A stretch of DNA of 64,000 bases, taken from contig CBDEUS010000001.1 of NCBI GenBank assembly GCA_965243395.1, forward strand, positions 576,001 through 640,000, in the 5' to 3' direction. Positions 1-10,745 of the stretch are shown here, piece by piece. The stretch is from Gammaproteobacteria bacterium. Its GTDB lineage: Bacteria; Pseudomonadota; Gammaproteobacteria; UBA4575. The translations under genes and the position numbers were made by a program. Numbering within the stretch: position 1 is the stretch's first letter; every line of letters starts with the position of its first letter. The notes beneath the pieces are model-generated. The model searched no databases. It had not been told where the DNA came from and saw only the letters and a program-made list of their open reading frames with translations.

Positions 1-1
1 A

Positions 2-463
2 TGGGAAAAATGTGAGCAAGACATGCAAAAATGGGAGCATGAACTTTTAAATCCTAAAGTTGATGAGCGTGCAGATATCTGGTTGCCAACAGAACATTAT
101 CCAGGCTTTGATCCAAACGGTGTTACTTGTCCAACACCTGTTCAACAAACTTTAGACACTATATCTAATTTAACAAAATCCGACTCCAATTCTAATTGGC
201 TAAAAGAAAATAAAAACAATTTAGAAAAACTAACCAAGAATCCAATTACTTTTTCTATGATCGTTGCAACAGTATTTACCGATCTTGAATTATTAAGTGA
301 TCAGGGTGAAATGTTATATCTACTTTTAAGGCTACCGGGTGCTGGAGTGCATGCATTAGAGCAGAAAGAGTATGGTTGGAGAAAATATCCTTTTTTTACT
401 GACGGTTTGCAAATAGAGAGTGTTGATTCTCAACAAGTCAAAGAAGAGTCTGATAATGAATAA
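2..463 (+). CDS. Citrate synthase/citryl-CoA lyase-fold protein, 5'-truncated by the window edge
   Basis: Frame is open from base 2 (WEKCEQDMQ...). PGF motif and C-terminal LLRLPGAGVHALEQ resemble the citrate synthase RxxGxxAHxxEQ motif. Confidence 0.55.
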   Translation, partial: WEKCEQDMQKWEHELLNPKVDERADIWLPTEHYPGFDPNGVTCPTPVQQTLDTISNLTKSDSNSNWLKENKNNLEKLTKNPITFSMIVATVFTDLELLSDQGEMLYLLLRLPGAGVHALEQKEYGWRKYPFFTDGLQIESVDSQQVKEESDNE

Positions 464-1253
464 TAAAACATTACTAGATTATGAGGATAGATGGATCACT
501 TCTATGGGTGGTTCTGTTCCTGGAGAGAATGTGAAACTTCGAGGTAAAGATTTACTCAATGACTTTCAAAGTAATAGTTGGATGCAAATCCTGTTATTTG
601 GCATAACTGGAAGAATGTATGGTAAAAAAGAGTGTGAGCTATTTGAAGCAATTTGGAGTATTTCAACAAGCTATCCAGAACCAAGAGTATGGAACAATAG
701 AGTCTCTTCACTTGCCGCAACTGTCAGAACTACGGGTAATCTTGGTATTGCTGCAGGAATTGCAGTTTCGGAAGCTGAAGTATATGGACAAGGACCAATG
801 GTATGGGTAATGAGCTTCTTACTTAGGGCTCATGAAAAATATACAAAAGGAAATACTCTTGATGATGTTATAAAAAGTGAACTCAATAATTACAATCGTA
901 TATATGGATTTGGAAGACCGATTGCTAATGATGATGAACGTATTATTCCGTTAATGGAAACAGCGCGAAAATTAGGTTTTTCAGATGGTAAATACACACA
1001 ATTACTATTAGAAATTAAAGATAAATTAAAACACGGTCCAAGAAAGTTAGAAATGAATATTGCTGCACTTGATGCCGCTTTGTGCGCAGACCAAGGATTT
1101 AGTATAAGAGAATTTTATTATTTTATGAGCCTATGTTTTTCTGCCGGAATTATATTTTGTAATATTGATGGTCATGATAAAGATGAAGGCACATTCTTTC
1201 CCTTTCGTTGTAACCGAATTGCATATGATGGCACAGGTATACGCGAGTGGTAA
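456..1253 (+). CDS. Citrate synthase/citryl-CoA lyase-like protein
   Basis: W-x-T...LRGKDL N-terminus, IYGFGRP..D.R and MNI motifs. ATG at 456 overlaps the upstream stop (coupled). Confidence 0.65.
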   Translation: MNNKTLLDYEDRWITSMGGSVPGENVKLRGKDLLNDFQSNSWMQILLFGITGRMYGKKECELFEAIWSISTSYPEPRVWNNRVSSLAATVRTTGNLGIAAGIAVSEAEVYGQGPMVWVMSFLLRAHEKYTKGNTLDDVIKSELNNYNRIYGFGRPIANDDERIIPLMETARKLGFSDGKYTQLLLEIKDKLKHGPRKLEMNIAALDAALCADQGFSIREFYYFMSLCFSAGIIFCNIDGHDKDEGTFFPFRCNRIAYDGTGIREW

Positions 1254-1294
1254 ATTATTAATAGAAATTTATATTAAAAAGCTAGTAGAGAAAA

Positions 1295-2326
1295 ATGGAA
1301 AAAATTCGTGATTTAGAAGTGCCAGATATAGATGACATAAAAGTTTGGGATGTTATTGCTGGATTGTATGGATATCAAGGTTTTCTTTTTGCATATGACA
1401 TTGGTTTATTTTCCTATTTGAATGATGGTCCTAAAACATTTACTGAAATAACAGAGAGATTGAAACTAGAAAAGCGACCGACTGAAGCACTGCTTAGCAC
1501 TTGTGTGAGATTGGAATTTATTAAAATTAATAAATTATCTTCTATAAATAAATATGAGTTAACCGAAGTTTCAAAGTATTACTTAGTTAAGTCTAGTCCT
1601 TTCTTTTTTGGCGCCGCATTTGACTTAGCGGTCAATAATTTCATAGCCTACAATGATGTAAAAAAAGCCATGTTAACAAATAAACCAACTGCTTATGATG
1701 GAAAAGATATTTTCGAAACGCATGAGAAACAAGAAGAACTAGCAAAAAATTTCACGATAGCAATGCACAGTGCCAGCATGGCCCCTGCACTATGTTGGCC
1801 AAAAAAAATAGATTTGTCTCAATATTCTAAATTTCTTGATATTGGCGGAGGGTCTGGCGCTCATACAATTGGTGCATTGTCAAAATGGGAAAACCTTTCT
1901 GGAATTGTTTTAGATCTTGGACCTGTGTGTGAAGTTTGTGAAGAAATTTTAGCTAAATCAAGTCTGGACAATCGTGCAAAAACCCATACTGGCGATTTCT
2001 GGGAATGCGAATTTCCCGATGCTGATGTGCATTTTTATTCACAGATATTTCACGATTGGGGGTTTGAAAAGTGTGAATATCTAGCGGAGAAAAGCTTTAA
2101 AGCTTTACCTAAAAATGGGAAAATTATTATTCATGAAATATTAATGAATAACGACATGTCTGGGCCGTTTATGGCATCTGCATTAAGTATTTCTATGCTT
2201 GCTTGGACTGAAGGGAAACAATATTCAGGCCTTGAGCTATCTAATATGCTAGATAAATCAGGTTTTAGATCAGTCGAAATAATTCCAACATTTGGATACT
2301 GGAGTATTGTAGTAGGTACTAAATAA
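1295..2326 (+). CDS. SAM-dependent O-methyltransferase (Methyltransf_2 family with dimerisation domain)
   Basis: LDIGGGSG, GDFW and IFHDW motifs, N-terminal winged-helix dimerisation region. Confidence 0.85.
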   Translation: MEKIRDLEVPDIDDIKVWDVIAGLYGYQGFLFAYDIGLFSYLNDGPKTFTEITERLKLEKRPTEALLSTCVRLEFIKINKLSSINKYELTEVSKYYLVKSSPFFFGAAFDLAVNNFIAYNDVKKAMLTNKPTAYDGKDIFETHEKQEELAKNFTIAMHSASMAPALCWPKKIDLSQYSKFLDIGGGSGAHTIGALSKWENLSGIVLDLGPVCEVCEEILAKSSLDNRAKTHTGDFWECEFPDADVHFYSQIFHDWGFEKCEYLAEKSFKALPKNGKIIIHEILMNNDMSGPFMASALSISMLAWTEGKQYSGLELSNMLDKSGFRSVEIIPTFGYWSIVVGTK

Positions 2327-2605
2327 CTCCCAATATCTTCACCGTAATAATTAATATAAAAATTTTTTTGTCGCGCCACTTGTCTTCAAAAAACTACCTT
2401 TCAGTATGAAGTTGGTTTGATCCGCGGTATCAATCATCCGATACAAGTTGTCATTATTGTTCACGTAACTCCTTAAAATAAGGTGCATTAATAAGTATTT
2501 TCGCTTGCTGTGCGAGGTTGATACTCGCCCAAATACAATTTTCTATCCTCATGGTGATGAGTAAGTGAAGGGAATAACTTATGTACGACATCAAGGAGTG
2601 TCAAC

Positions 2606-4693
2606 ATGAAACATTTTATATTTTTAAATTATAAACTCTTTTTATTAAATTTTATTTTTCTTTTTACTATTTCAACAAATGTGTATTCTGATTTTGATGA
2701 AGAGGAAGCACTCATTGAACTTTATGGTGACGAAGAAGTTATTAGTATAGCAACAGGTAGTGCACAACCCATTTCTCGTGCTCCTGCTGTAGCATCAGTA
2801 ATTACTGCGAAAGATATAAAGGAAATAGGCGCAACAGATATCGATGAAGTTCTGGAAACCGTTCCAGGTTTGCATGTTTCAAGGCGCGCATTGGGATATC
2901 TACCTGTTTATACGTTTCGTGGCGTATTTAGTTCTGTGAATCCTCAGGTGTTAATGCTTGTGAATGGAATCTCAATCAATAATTTATTTGTTGGTGATAG
3001 AAACCAGGCATGGGGTGGTTTCCCAGTTGAATCAATTTCGCGAATTGAGGTGATACGTGGACCTGGCTCAGCCGTTTACGGTGCTGACGCTGTTGCAGGT
3101 GTAATTAATATCATCACTAAAGAAGCATCAGAAATTGATGGGTTTGAATTTGGTTCACGTTTGGGAAGTTTTGACACGCGAGATGCATGGGCTTTATATG
3201 GTGGAGAAGTAGGGGGTTTTGATGTGGCATTTTCTGCCGAGTTTCGTGATACCGACGGACAGGATGAAGATATAAATGTCGATGCCGCAACAATTCAAGG
3301 TACTTCTTTAGCGCCAGGTTCTGTAAATACAGGCACACAAAATTTCGATACACGTTTAAGCGTTACAAAAAATAATTGGAAGTTTCGTGCGGGCCTGCAA
3401 AAGCGAGATGATAATGAAACAGGTGCAGGGCTTGCGGAGGCATTAGACCCAAATGGAGAATTTAAGAGTGATCGCTGGAATGCAGATATAACTTACCACA
3501 ATCCAACATTTAGAAATGATTTAGATGTAACAGCACAAATTAGCTATTTAAATACTTCTCAAGAAGTAGCAGAGGATCTGCTTTTGTTTCCTCCTGGCTC
3601 ATTTCTACCGGGACCCGTGGGGCCATTTCCAGAAGGAATAATTGGTAACCCCGAAGTTTGGGAACGACACTGGCGTTATAATTTAACTGGAGTGTTTACT
3701 GGTTTTAGTGATCATACGATACGTACTGGAATTGGCTACACGCATCAAGATATTTACAAAGTAGAAGAAGAGAATAATTTTAGTCCTTTGGGATTTGGCG
3801 TATTAACCGATGTAAGTGATACACCATTTGTTTTTCTTCCCGAAAAACATCGCAATAATAGTTTTGCTTTCTTACAAGATGTTTGGCAAATAAGTAATGA
3901 TTGGGAATTAACTGCAGGACTGCGTTACGACGACTACAATGATTTTGGAGATACATGGAATCCACGTGCAGCACTTGTTTGGGCAGCACGACATGACTTA
4001 ACAGCAAAGCTTTTGTATGGCGAAGCATTTCGTGCGCCTTCTTTTGCAGAGTTTCGTAATCAAAATAATCCAGTAGCGTTAGGTAACGATGACCTCGATC
4101 CTGAGGAAATGGAAACCATCGAGTTAGCGTTTGACTATAGACCTAAAGATAATCTCAAGCTTGGTTTAAATTTGTTCCGCTATGAGTGGGACGACATCAT
4201 TCGATTTAATGATATAGGTGGAGGATTATTCCAGGCTGAAAATGTCGGCGAGCAAGAAGGCTATGGTTTTGAATTTGAATTTGATTGGAGAGTGTCTAGA
4301 ACACTAAATATCTTAGGTAACTTTGCGCACCAAAATTCTGAAGATAAATCTATAGATGAAGATGCAGGTCAGGCACCTGAAAACCAGTTTTATGTTCGAA
4401 CAGATTGGGAATTTAAACCTGGTTGGCATATTTCTCCTCAGTGGAATTTTGTGATGGATAGAGAACGTGTGGACAGCGATACGCGAAGCGACATTGATGA
4501 TTACGATATTTTTGATGTTACATTAAGAACAAATGCATTTAGCAACCGTTGGGAATTAGCTGTTTCAGCGAGAAACTTGTTTAACAAGCGTGCATTTGAA
4601 CCAAGTCAAAATAGTGCGTTCGGTGCTGCAATTCCTGGTGACTTACCGTTAGCCCGAAGAAGCGTTTGGGGAGAGCTAAGATTTAATTATTGA
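2606..4693 (+). CDS. TonB-dependent receptor
   Basis: Signal peptide, plug motif RIEVIRGPGSAVYGADAVAGVINIIT, NLFN motif, C-terminal aromatic residue. SD AAGGAG. Confidence 0.92.
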   Translation: MKHFIFLNYKLFLLNFIFLFTISTNVYSDFDEEEALIELYGDEEVISIATGSAQPISRAPAVASVITAKDIKEIGATDIDEVLETVPGLHVSRRALGYLPVYTFRGVFSSVNPQVLMLVNGISINNLFVGDRNQAWGGFPVESISRIEVIRGPGSAVYGADAVAGVINIITKEASEIDGFEFGSRLGSFDTRDAWALYGGEVGGFDVAFSAEFRDTDGQDEDINVDAATIQGTSLAPGSVNTGTQNFDTRLSVTKNNWKFRAGLQKRDDNETGAGLAEALDPNGEFKSDRWNADITYHNPTFRNDLDVTAQISYLNTSQEVAEDLLLFPPGSFLPGPVGPFPEGIIGNPEVWERHWRYNLTGVFTGFSDHTIRTGIGYTHQDIYKVEEENNFSPLGFGVLTDVSDTPFVFLPEKHRNNSFAFLQDVWQISNDWELTAGLRYDDYNDFGDTWNPRAALVWAARHDLTAKLLYGEAFRAPSFAEFRNQNNPVALGNDDLDPEEMETIELAFDYRPKDNLKLGLNLFRYEWDDIIRFNDIGGGLFQAENVGEQEGYGFEFEFDWRVSRTLNILGNFAHQNSEDKSIDEDAGQAPENQFYVRTDWEFKPGWHISPQWNFVMDRERVDSDTRSDIDDYDIFDVTLRTNAFSNRWELAVSARNLFNKRAFEPSQNSAFGAAIPGDLPLARRSVWGELRFNY

Positions 4694-4735
4694 TCATATA
4701 TAAAAAGTAAATTTTGGATTACTTTGATTTGATTA

Positions 4736-5716
4736 GTGATTACAAAATTGAATAACGCTCGAATCAGTTCGCCATTAACATTTCTGCGTAGCATACAAAA
4801 AGCTATGTTGTGCTTTTTGGTGTTTGCAATATTTCTATCATTTCCAAGTTTTGCAACTACGCCCTCTGTTGCAGTGATCTATCCAGAGTTACGCGCTCCT
4901 TACAACAAGATTTATGATGATATTGCAGCAGGAGTGGAAACAAAAGTTAACGGTCGCACTATGCGATTTAAGCTAACTAAAAATTATTCTCCCAGCCAAT
5001 TAAACGATTGGGTAGCAAGAAATAATATAAAAGTGTGTGTTGCACTGGGGAAAGGCGGTGAAAAGGCGATTGGGCAATTAACGCATGATATTCCTGTTGT
5101 GCTTAGTGGTGTAATAAAGCCAAAGTCACCGATTTATGGCGGCATTTCTTTGGCTGCATCACCAAAAAAATTATTCACAGAATTAAAAAAACAAAATTCA
5201 AAAATCAAAAAAGTTATTGTTGTCTACAATCCTAAAAAATCAGAATGGCTTATTAGACAAGCACAATCTGATGCTGTACAAAAAAATTTACAACTAGTCA
5301 CCTATATGACCACGAGTCTTTCAGAGTCAGCAAAAATCTATCGGGAAATTTTTTCTAGAGAAGACATAACAAGTTCGGCGATTTGGCTTCCGCCTGACAC
5401 AACATCCGTGGATAAAAAAACTATTTTATCTTTTATTCTTGAGCAGTCATGGGCAAAAAATGTAACTGTATTTTCAAGCAGCCCCGCACATGTTAACAAA
5501 GGTGTTTTGTTTGCCATGTATCCTGATAACAAAAAATTAGGAGAAAGTCTGGGAGCATATGCATTAGATAAACTTAATGGTGGTTCAGGGTTAAACAAGA
5601 TGGTTCCGGTTGAAGACTTGAAAATTGCTTTTAACAAACGAACTGCAGAACACTTAGGTATTAAATTTAGAAGTGATGATTTGCGTCGATATGATGCAGT
5701 CTTTCCATCAAAGTAA
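4736..5716 (+). CDS. Periplasmic ABC-type substrate-binding-like protein with no cognate permease
   Basis: Signal peptide. VIVVYNP, AIWLPPD, V..G.L and FNKRTAEHLGI motifs of the ABC_sub_bind family. True start may be the ATG near 4805. Confidence 0.7.
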   Translation: MITKLNNARISSPLTFLRSIQKAMLCFLVFAIFLSFPSFATTPSVAVIYPELRAPYNKIYDDIAAGVETKVNGRTMRFKLTKNYSPSQLNDWVARNNIKVCVALGKGGEKAIGQLTHDIPVVLSGVIKPKSPIYGGISLAASPKKLFTELKKQNSKIKKVIVVYNPKKSEWLIRQAQSDAVQKNLQLVTYMTTSLSESAKIYREIFSREDITSSAIWLPPDTTSVDKKTILSFILEQSWAKNVTVFSSSPAHVNKGVLFAMYPDNKKLGESLGAYALDKLNGGSGLNKMVPVEDLKIAFNKRTAEHLGIKFRSDDLRRYDAVFPSK

Positions 5717-5721
5717 TTGCA

Positions 5722-8700
5722 ATGAATCCATTTAAATTATTTAAACAGTTTTATACAAGTGGTTTTAAAGAACAGCTTGTGACTGCCTTTTTGATTGGAA
5801 TTTTCATTACAGCTGCATTATCTACTTTCTTAATAACATTTTTGACTTCTAAGAAGGTAGAAGAGAAGGTTGAAAGTGAAGGTTTTCAAATTACTCGAGA
5901 TTTTGCAGAGCGAAACACATTGGCATTATTGTACTTGAGTGAAGAAAGCGCAAAAGAAAATGTTGAAGCCATTAAGAATTTCCAAGATGTTAAAGGCGCG
6001 GCGGTGTTTGATCTACAAAGGAAAGCGCTCATAGAAGATGGTGAAAACACATTCCCTGAAGAAGGGGAGCAGTGGCCTGCAGATATAAAACTGATTTCAG
6101 AAACATATGGAGCTTGGTATTTCGTTTCGCCTGTTTATGCGAGTGGTACTGACCCAGATATTGCAGAATCTCCTTTTATTGAAGAGGTTCAAGAACGCGA
6201 ACTATTAGGATATGTGCGTGTGCAAATGAGTAAAGATAGTTTGCATGCTCTTGAGGCTACAATTTTAAAGATAAACATAATGATTTCTTTAATGCTGTCT
6301 GTGATTTTGGCATTTGTATTATGGAAGACTACTGATCGAGTCATTAAACCTTTAAAGCAACTAGCAGGATTCATGCGTGAAGCCGAAGAGGGCAATATGG
6401 GTATACGCTCTGAGTTATGGGGGCCCAGAGATATCACGATGATGCAGAATGCTTTTAATACCATGATTAAAGCATTAGGTGATCGTGAACATAATTTAGA
6501 AAGCGCTCGTCAATCAGCCCTTCAATATGCTCATGCAAAAGGAGAATTTGCAGCCAATGTGAGTCATGAACTACGTACTCCTTTAAACGGGATTATCGGA
6601 ATGCTTGATATTCTCAAAGGGACTGAACTTAGCGCTAAGCAAAAAGAATATGTAAATGTTGCGCAAGATTCTGGTGATGCTTTACTTAGCTTGATTGATG
6701 ATGTGCTTAATTTTTCTCGAATGGAATCTGGGAAAGTTGAAATTCAACATGAGCAGTTTAATTTACGTGAGATGTTAGACGACATTGTTGGTATTTTAAC
6801 TGGTCATGCTTCTTCAAAAGATTTAGATATTGCCTACATCATTGATAAAGATGTACCAAGTCATCTTAAGGGTGACGTGAGTCGAATTCGTCAATTACTC
6901 ATTAACCTGGGTGGTAATGCAGTCAAGTTTACGGAACATGGTGAGATTGGCTTCAGAGTACATAGAGTTCCTGTGCAGGGCGAGCATTTAGTTTTGCGAT
7001 TTGATGTAACAGATACGGGTGTAGGAATATCTGATGATGCACAAAATAAAATATTTGATGCATTTCAACAGGCAGATGCATCCACAACCAAGAAGTTTGG
7101 AGGCACTGGGTTAGGTCTCGCAATATGCAAACAGTTAGTTGAATCTATGCGTGGTGTAATAGGTGTTGAAAGTGAAGCAGGAAAAGGCAGTACATTTTGG
7201 TTTGAGATTCCGTTTAAAGAAATGCCAGCAAAAGTTGACACATTTAGCATTAGACACTCAACGGCATCCGGATTACGCATATTTATTGTTGATGACAGTG
7301 AAATGGTGCGTGCAAATCTCAAACAAACTTTCGAGGAATGGGGTTCATTTGTTGAATGCGCAGAAAACGGTAATCAAGCCATAGAAGTATTGCATACTGC
7401 CAGCGAACATCAGAAACCATTTGATGTGGCATTTATAGATGAATTGATGGGTGATACTAATGGCATAGAATTGATTCGTTCAATTACCAAAGATTCAAAC
7501 ATTTCGCCTATGAAATTAGTATTAATGACCAATCAGATTAATCCTGAGGCATTTGTTGAACGTTTTAGGGAAATTGATGCATATGTCAAAAAACCATTGC
7601 GTCAATCGAGTGTATTTAATTGCATTGCAGATTTAATCAACATGCCTGTACTGCAACACACCGATAAAAAAGATATTGCTCCCGGAGCAACAGATATTCC
7701 AGACTTTAATTCAACCATATTGATTGTTGAAGATAACCGCGCTAACCAACAAGTTGCACAAGCAATGTTAGAAAGACTTGGTTGTAAATGTTCAATTGCA
7801 GGCAATGGAATAGAAGCATTAAAACTCCTAGAGCTTGCTAAATATGATGCAATTTTTATGGATTGCAATATGCCAGAAATGGATGGTTATGAAACTACAA
7901 ATAAAATTCGACAGTTAACTGGAGAAGTTTCACAAATTCCTATTATTGCAATGACTGCAAATGTGCTCAAAGGTGATCGTGAAAAATGTATTCAAGCAGG
8001 CATGAATGATTATACAAAGAAGCCTTTAAAGATTGAAAAATTAATAGAAAAACTTAGCCGTTGGATAGAAGTTGAGCCAATAGAAAACATTTTGGGCATG
8101 GAGTCTGACACTGATGTTCAACTAAGCATGATTAATCAAGCTACTTTAATCGACACGGCTGAGCACGAATCAATAGATAGAGGAGCAATAGAGACATTGC
8201 GAGAGAATGTGGGTGAGGGCTTCAACGATATGGTTCAGGTTTATATTGATGACATGGAAATTTTGCTGAGGTCACTTGAGAAAAGTGTGCAAGAAAAAGA
8301 TCCAAATTCTCTGCGTCATTATGCGCACAGTATAAAAGGTAGTAGTTCTAACTTTGGTGCTGCGAGATTAGTGCATATAGCTAAACAAATAGAAGCGATA
8401 GGAAAAGATGATTCTGTAGAAGGAGCGCATGAATTAGTTCAGGCTATATTCCCTCAAGCAGCATTTGTAATTAGTGAATTAAGAAAAGAAATTAATTTAA
8501 CTAAAGAAGATACCTTGCTGATGCAGAAAAGCACTGAAAAGATTTTAATAGCAGACGATGATCGAAGCATGCGTGTTGCTTTACAAAACGTCTTGGCTAC
8601 TGATGGTTATGAGATTGAATCTGTATCGGATGGTGTTGAAGCAGTGAAACGTTGTGAGCAAGGTATGCCGGGGTTAATACTTTTAGATGCTTTAATGCCT

Positions 8701-10242
8701 AACTTAAATGGATTTGATGCTTGCAAAAAAATTCGCATGCTTAAAGGCGGTAAACATGTACCGATTCTAATTGTTACTGCATTAGATGATGATAGCTCCA
8801 TTGAAGAAGCATTTAATTCTGGTGCGACTGATTTTATTCCGAAGCCAGTACATTTTGCGGTAATGAGACAAAGAGTTTCACGGTTGTTAAAAGCGAGTCG
8901 CGCAGAAGTACACGTTCGCGAGCTGGCCTATAATGATTCGCTAACAGGTCTACCAAATCGAACCATGTTCATTGATCAAATGAACAAACTAATCAGAAAA
9001 GTGCGTCCACAAGCACATATGCTTGCTGTGCTATTTTTAGATTTAGATCGTTTTAAATATGTTAACGACTCATTAGGTCATAACGTTGGTGATAAGTTAT
9101 TAAAACAAGTAGCTGAAAGAATATTAAGTTGTGTACGTTCTGTAGATACTGTTGCGCGTTTAGGTGGCGATGAATTCACTTTAGCATTAGATGGTATAGA
9201 GGATAAAACTGTAGTGGCAAATATTGCAGATAAGATTTGTCGTAGAGTCGGAGAGCCTTATTCTTTCTCAGGAAAAGAAATTTATGTGTCAGCAAGTATT
9301 GGTATCTCGCTACATCCTGATGATGGTGAGGATATTGGTGAATTAATGAAACGCGCAGATACTGCAATGTTTAAAGCTAAGGAGCATGGTGGAAGCTACT
9401 TATTTTATGAACCTGAAATGGAAGCAGTTGTTACAAACAAAGTAGAAATTGAGCAAGATTTACGTCATTGCTTAGATAGAGAAGAACTAGATGTCTTCTA
9501 TCAACCAAAATTAAACTTACAAACGCGCAAAGTGGCGGGACTTGAGGCGCTGGTTCGATGGAATCACCCAGATAAAGGTGAAGTAGGCCCCAATGATTTT
9601 ATTCCATTAGCAGAAGAGACTGGTTTAATTTCAGAACTTGGTTTGTGGGTATTGATCAGTTCTTGTGTGCAAATGCAATCTTGGATTGATAAAGGTCACG
9701 AACCTGTTCCAGTTTCAGTGAATCTTTCAGGGAGACAACTTGAAAATGGCGATATTGCATCACAAGTTGCGCATGTTTTAGCAGAATCAGGATTAAAGCC
9801 AGAGTATTTAGAGCTAGAAATAACCGAGAGTATTATTATGAAAAGACCTGAAGAGGTCATTTCAATACTTCATCAACTTAAAGCCATGGGAGTAAAACTT
9901 TCTATTGATGATTTTGGAACTGGATATTCATCATTAAACTATCTGCGCAAATTCCCCATTGATTTACTGAAGATTGATAAGGCTTTTGTTCGAGATATAG
10001 AATCCAATAAAGAAGATCGATTAATCGTTAAAGGAATCATTGCTCTGGCAAAGAGTTTGAATCTCGAAGTATTGGCGGAAGGGGTTGAGACTGCCGAGCA
10101 GCAAAATTTCCTTGAGCAGGAGGGTTGCGACTATATCCAGGGGTTTTATATCGGCAAACCGATGAAAAGCTCAGAATTTGAACAAGAATTTATACTTTCC
10201 AACCGAAGCAATATCAAACTGCTTTCTAACTATCGTAAATAA
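5722..10242 (+). CDS. Membrane hybrid histidine kinase fused to diguanylate cyclase/phosphodiesterase (2TM-HAMP-HisKA-HATPase-REC-REC-HPt-REC-GGDEF-EAL)
   Basis: [27 protein letters not shown]; three receiver aspartates (FIDELM, FMDCNMP, LLDALMP); AHSIKGSS; RLGGDEF; EALVRW; DDFGTGYSS. Confidence 0.93.
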   Translation: MNPFKLFKQFYTSGFKEQLVTAFLIGIFITAALSTFLITFLTSKKVEEKVESEGFQITRDFAERNTLALLYLSEESAKENVEAIKNFQDVKGAAVFDLQRKALIEDGENTFPEEGEQWPADIKLISETYGAWYFVSPVYASGTDPDIAESPFIEEVQERELLGYVRVQMSKDSLHALEATILKINIMISLMLSVILAFVLWKTTDRVIKPLKQLAGFMREAEEGNMGIRSELWGPRDITMMQNAFNTMIKALGDREHNLESARQSALQYAHAKGEFAANVSHELRTPLNGIIGMLDILKGTELSAKQKEYVNVAQDSGDALLSLIDDVLNFSRMESGKVEIQHEQFNLREMLDDIVGILTGHASSKDLDIAYIIDKDVPSHLKGDVSRIRQLLINLGGNAVKFTEHGEIGFRVHRVPVQGEHLVLRFDVTDTGVGISDDAQNKIFDAFQQADASTTKKFGGTGLGLAICKQLVESMRGVIGVESEAGKGSTFWFEIPFKEMPAKVDTFSIRHSTASGLRIFIVDDSEMVRANLKQTFEEWGSFVECAENGNQAIEVLHTASEHQKPFDVAFIDELMGDTNGIELIRSITKDSNISPMKLVLMTNQINPEAFVERFREIDAYVKKPLRQSSVFNCIADLINMPVLQHTDKKDIAPGATDIPDFNSTILIVEDNRANQQVAQAMLERLGCKCSIAGNGIEALKLLELAKYDAIFMDCNMPEMDGYETTNKIRQLTGEVSQIPIIAMTANVLKGDREKCIQAGMNDYTKKPLKIEKLIEKLSRWIEVEPIENILGMESDTDVQLSMINQATLIDTAEHESIDRGAIETLRENVGEGFNDMVQVYIDDMEILLRSLEKSVQEKDPNSLRHYAHSIKGSSSNFGAARLVHIAKQIEAIGKDDSVEGAHELVQAIFPQAAFVISELRKEINLTKEDTLLMQKSTEKILIADDDRSMRVALQNVLATDGYEIESVSDGVEAVKRCEQGMPGLILLDALMPNLNGFDACKKIRMLKGGKHVPILIVTALDDDSSIEEAFNSGATDFIPKPVHFAVMRQRVSRLLKASRAEVHVRELAYNDSLTGLPNRTMFIDQMNKLIRKVRPQAHMLAVLFLDLDRFKYVNDSLGHNVGDKLLKQVAERILSCVRSVDTVARLGGDEFTLALDGIEDKTVVANIADKICRRVGEPYSFSGKEIYVSASIGISLHPDDGEDIGELMKRADTAMFKAKEHGGSYLFYEPEMEAVVTNKVEIEQDLRHCLDREELDVFYQPKLNLQTRKVAGLEALVRWNHPDKGEVGPNDFIPLAEETGLISELGLWVLISSCVQMQSWIDKGHEPVPVSVNLSGRQLENGDIASQVAHVLAESGLKPEYLELEITESIIMKRPEEVISILHQLKAMGVKLSIDDFGTGYSSLNYLRKFPIDLLKIDKAFVRDIESNKEDRLIVKGIIALAKSLNLEVLAEGVETAEQQNFLEQEGCDYIQGFYIGKPMKSSEFEQEFILSNRSNIKLLSNYRK

Positions 10243-10278
10243 TAGTTGGCTGAAATTTGGCCGACTAATATTATTTTT
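10243..10278 (+). terminator. Probable intrinsic terminator
   Basis: TAGTTGGC/GCCGACTA stem right after the stop codon, followed by an A/T-rich tract. Confidence 0.4.
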
Positions 10279-10745
10279 ACAGTATTTTTCTAAATTGAGC
10301 TGAAATTTTGCGTTTAGGTAGCAGTTAACCATTAATTTAATAAGGTTAATTGCTTAATTTGTGATACTTCTTGCACATTTAATATACAATTTTCAGCATA
10401 TACTCACAAAAATCCCAAATTCAATTTTTACGTTATTTCGAATTTAAGCCATAATAATTTGCTTACACAAATGCTTGCAAAGTATTGGTTTGCTAGTGTA
10501 GTTTAGCGGTCTTATCTAATACTGCTTATTAGGCGCTCAGCTACTTGGCGGTATAACAATAAATATAAGAAAGCTGACACACTTTAACTAAAATTATTTA
10601 AACTAGGCACTGGTAGTGGGGTTTTGAACCGTGTTCAAAACTAGTTAGTAGTCACGATAACTGCGAGACTAATAACACTAATAGAAAATAACTATAATTT
10701 AATACCAGTAATCAGATGGAGCGAATAGGGGTTTGAATTTTTAGC

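Noticed and set aside
2417-2433. FNR box upstream of the TonB receptor (TTGAT...ATCAA)
   Set aside because: The spacer is 7 nt rather than 4. It may bind another factor but cannot be assigned.
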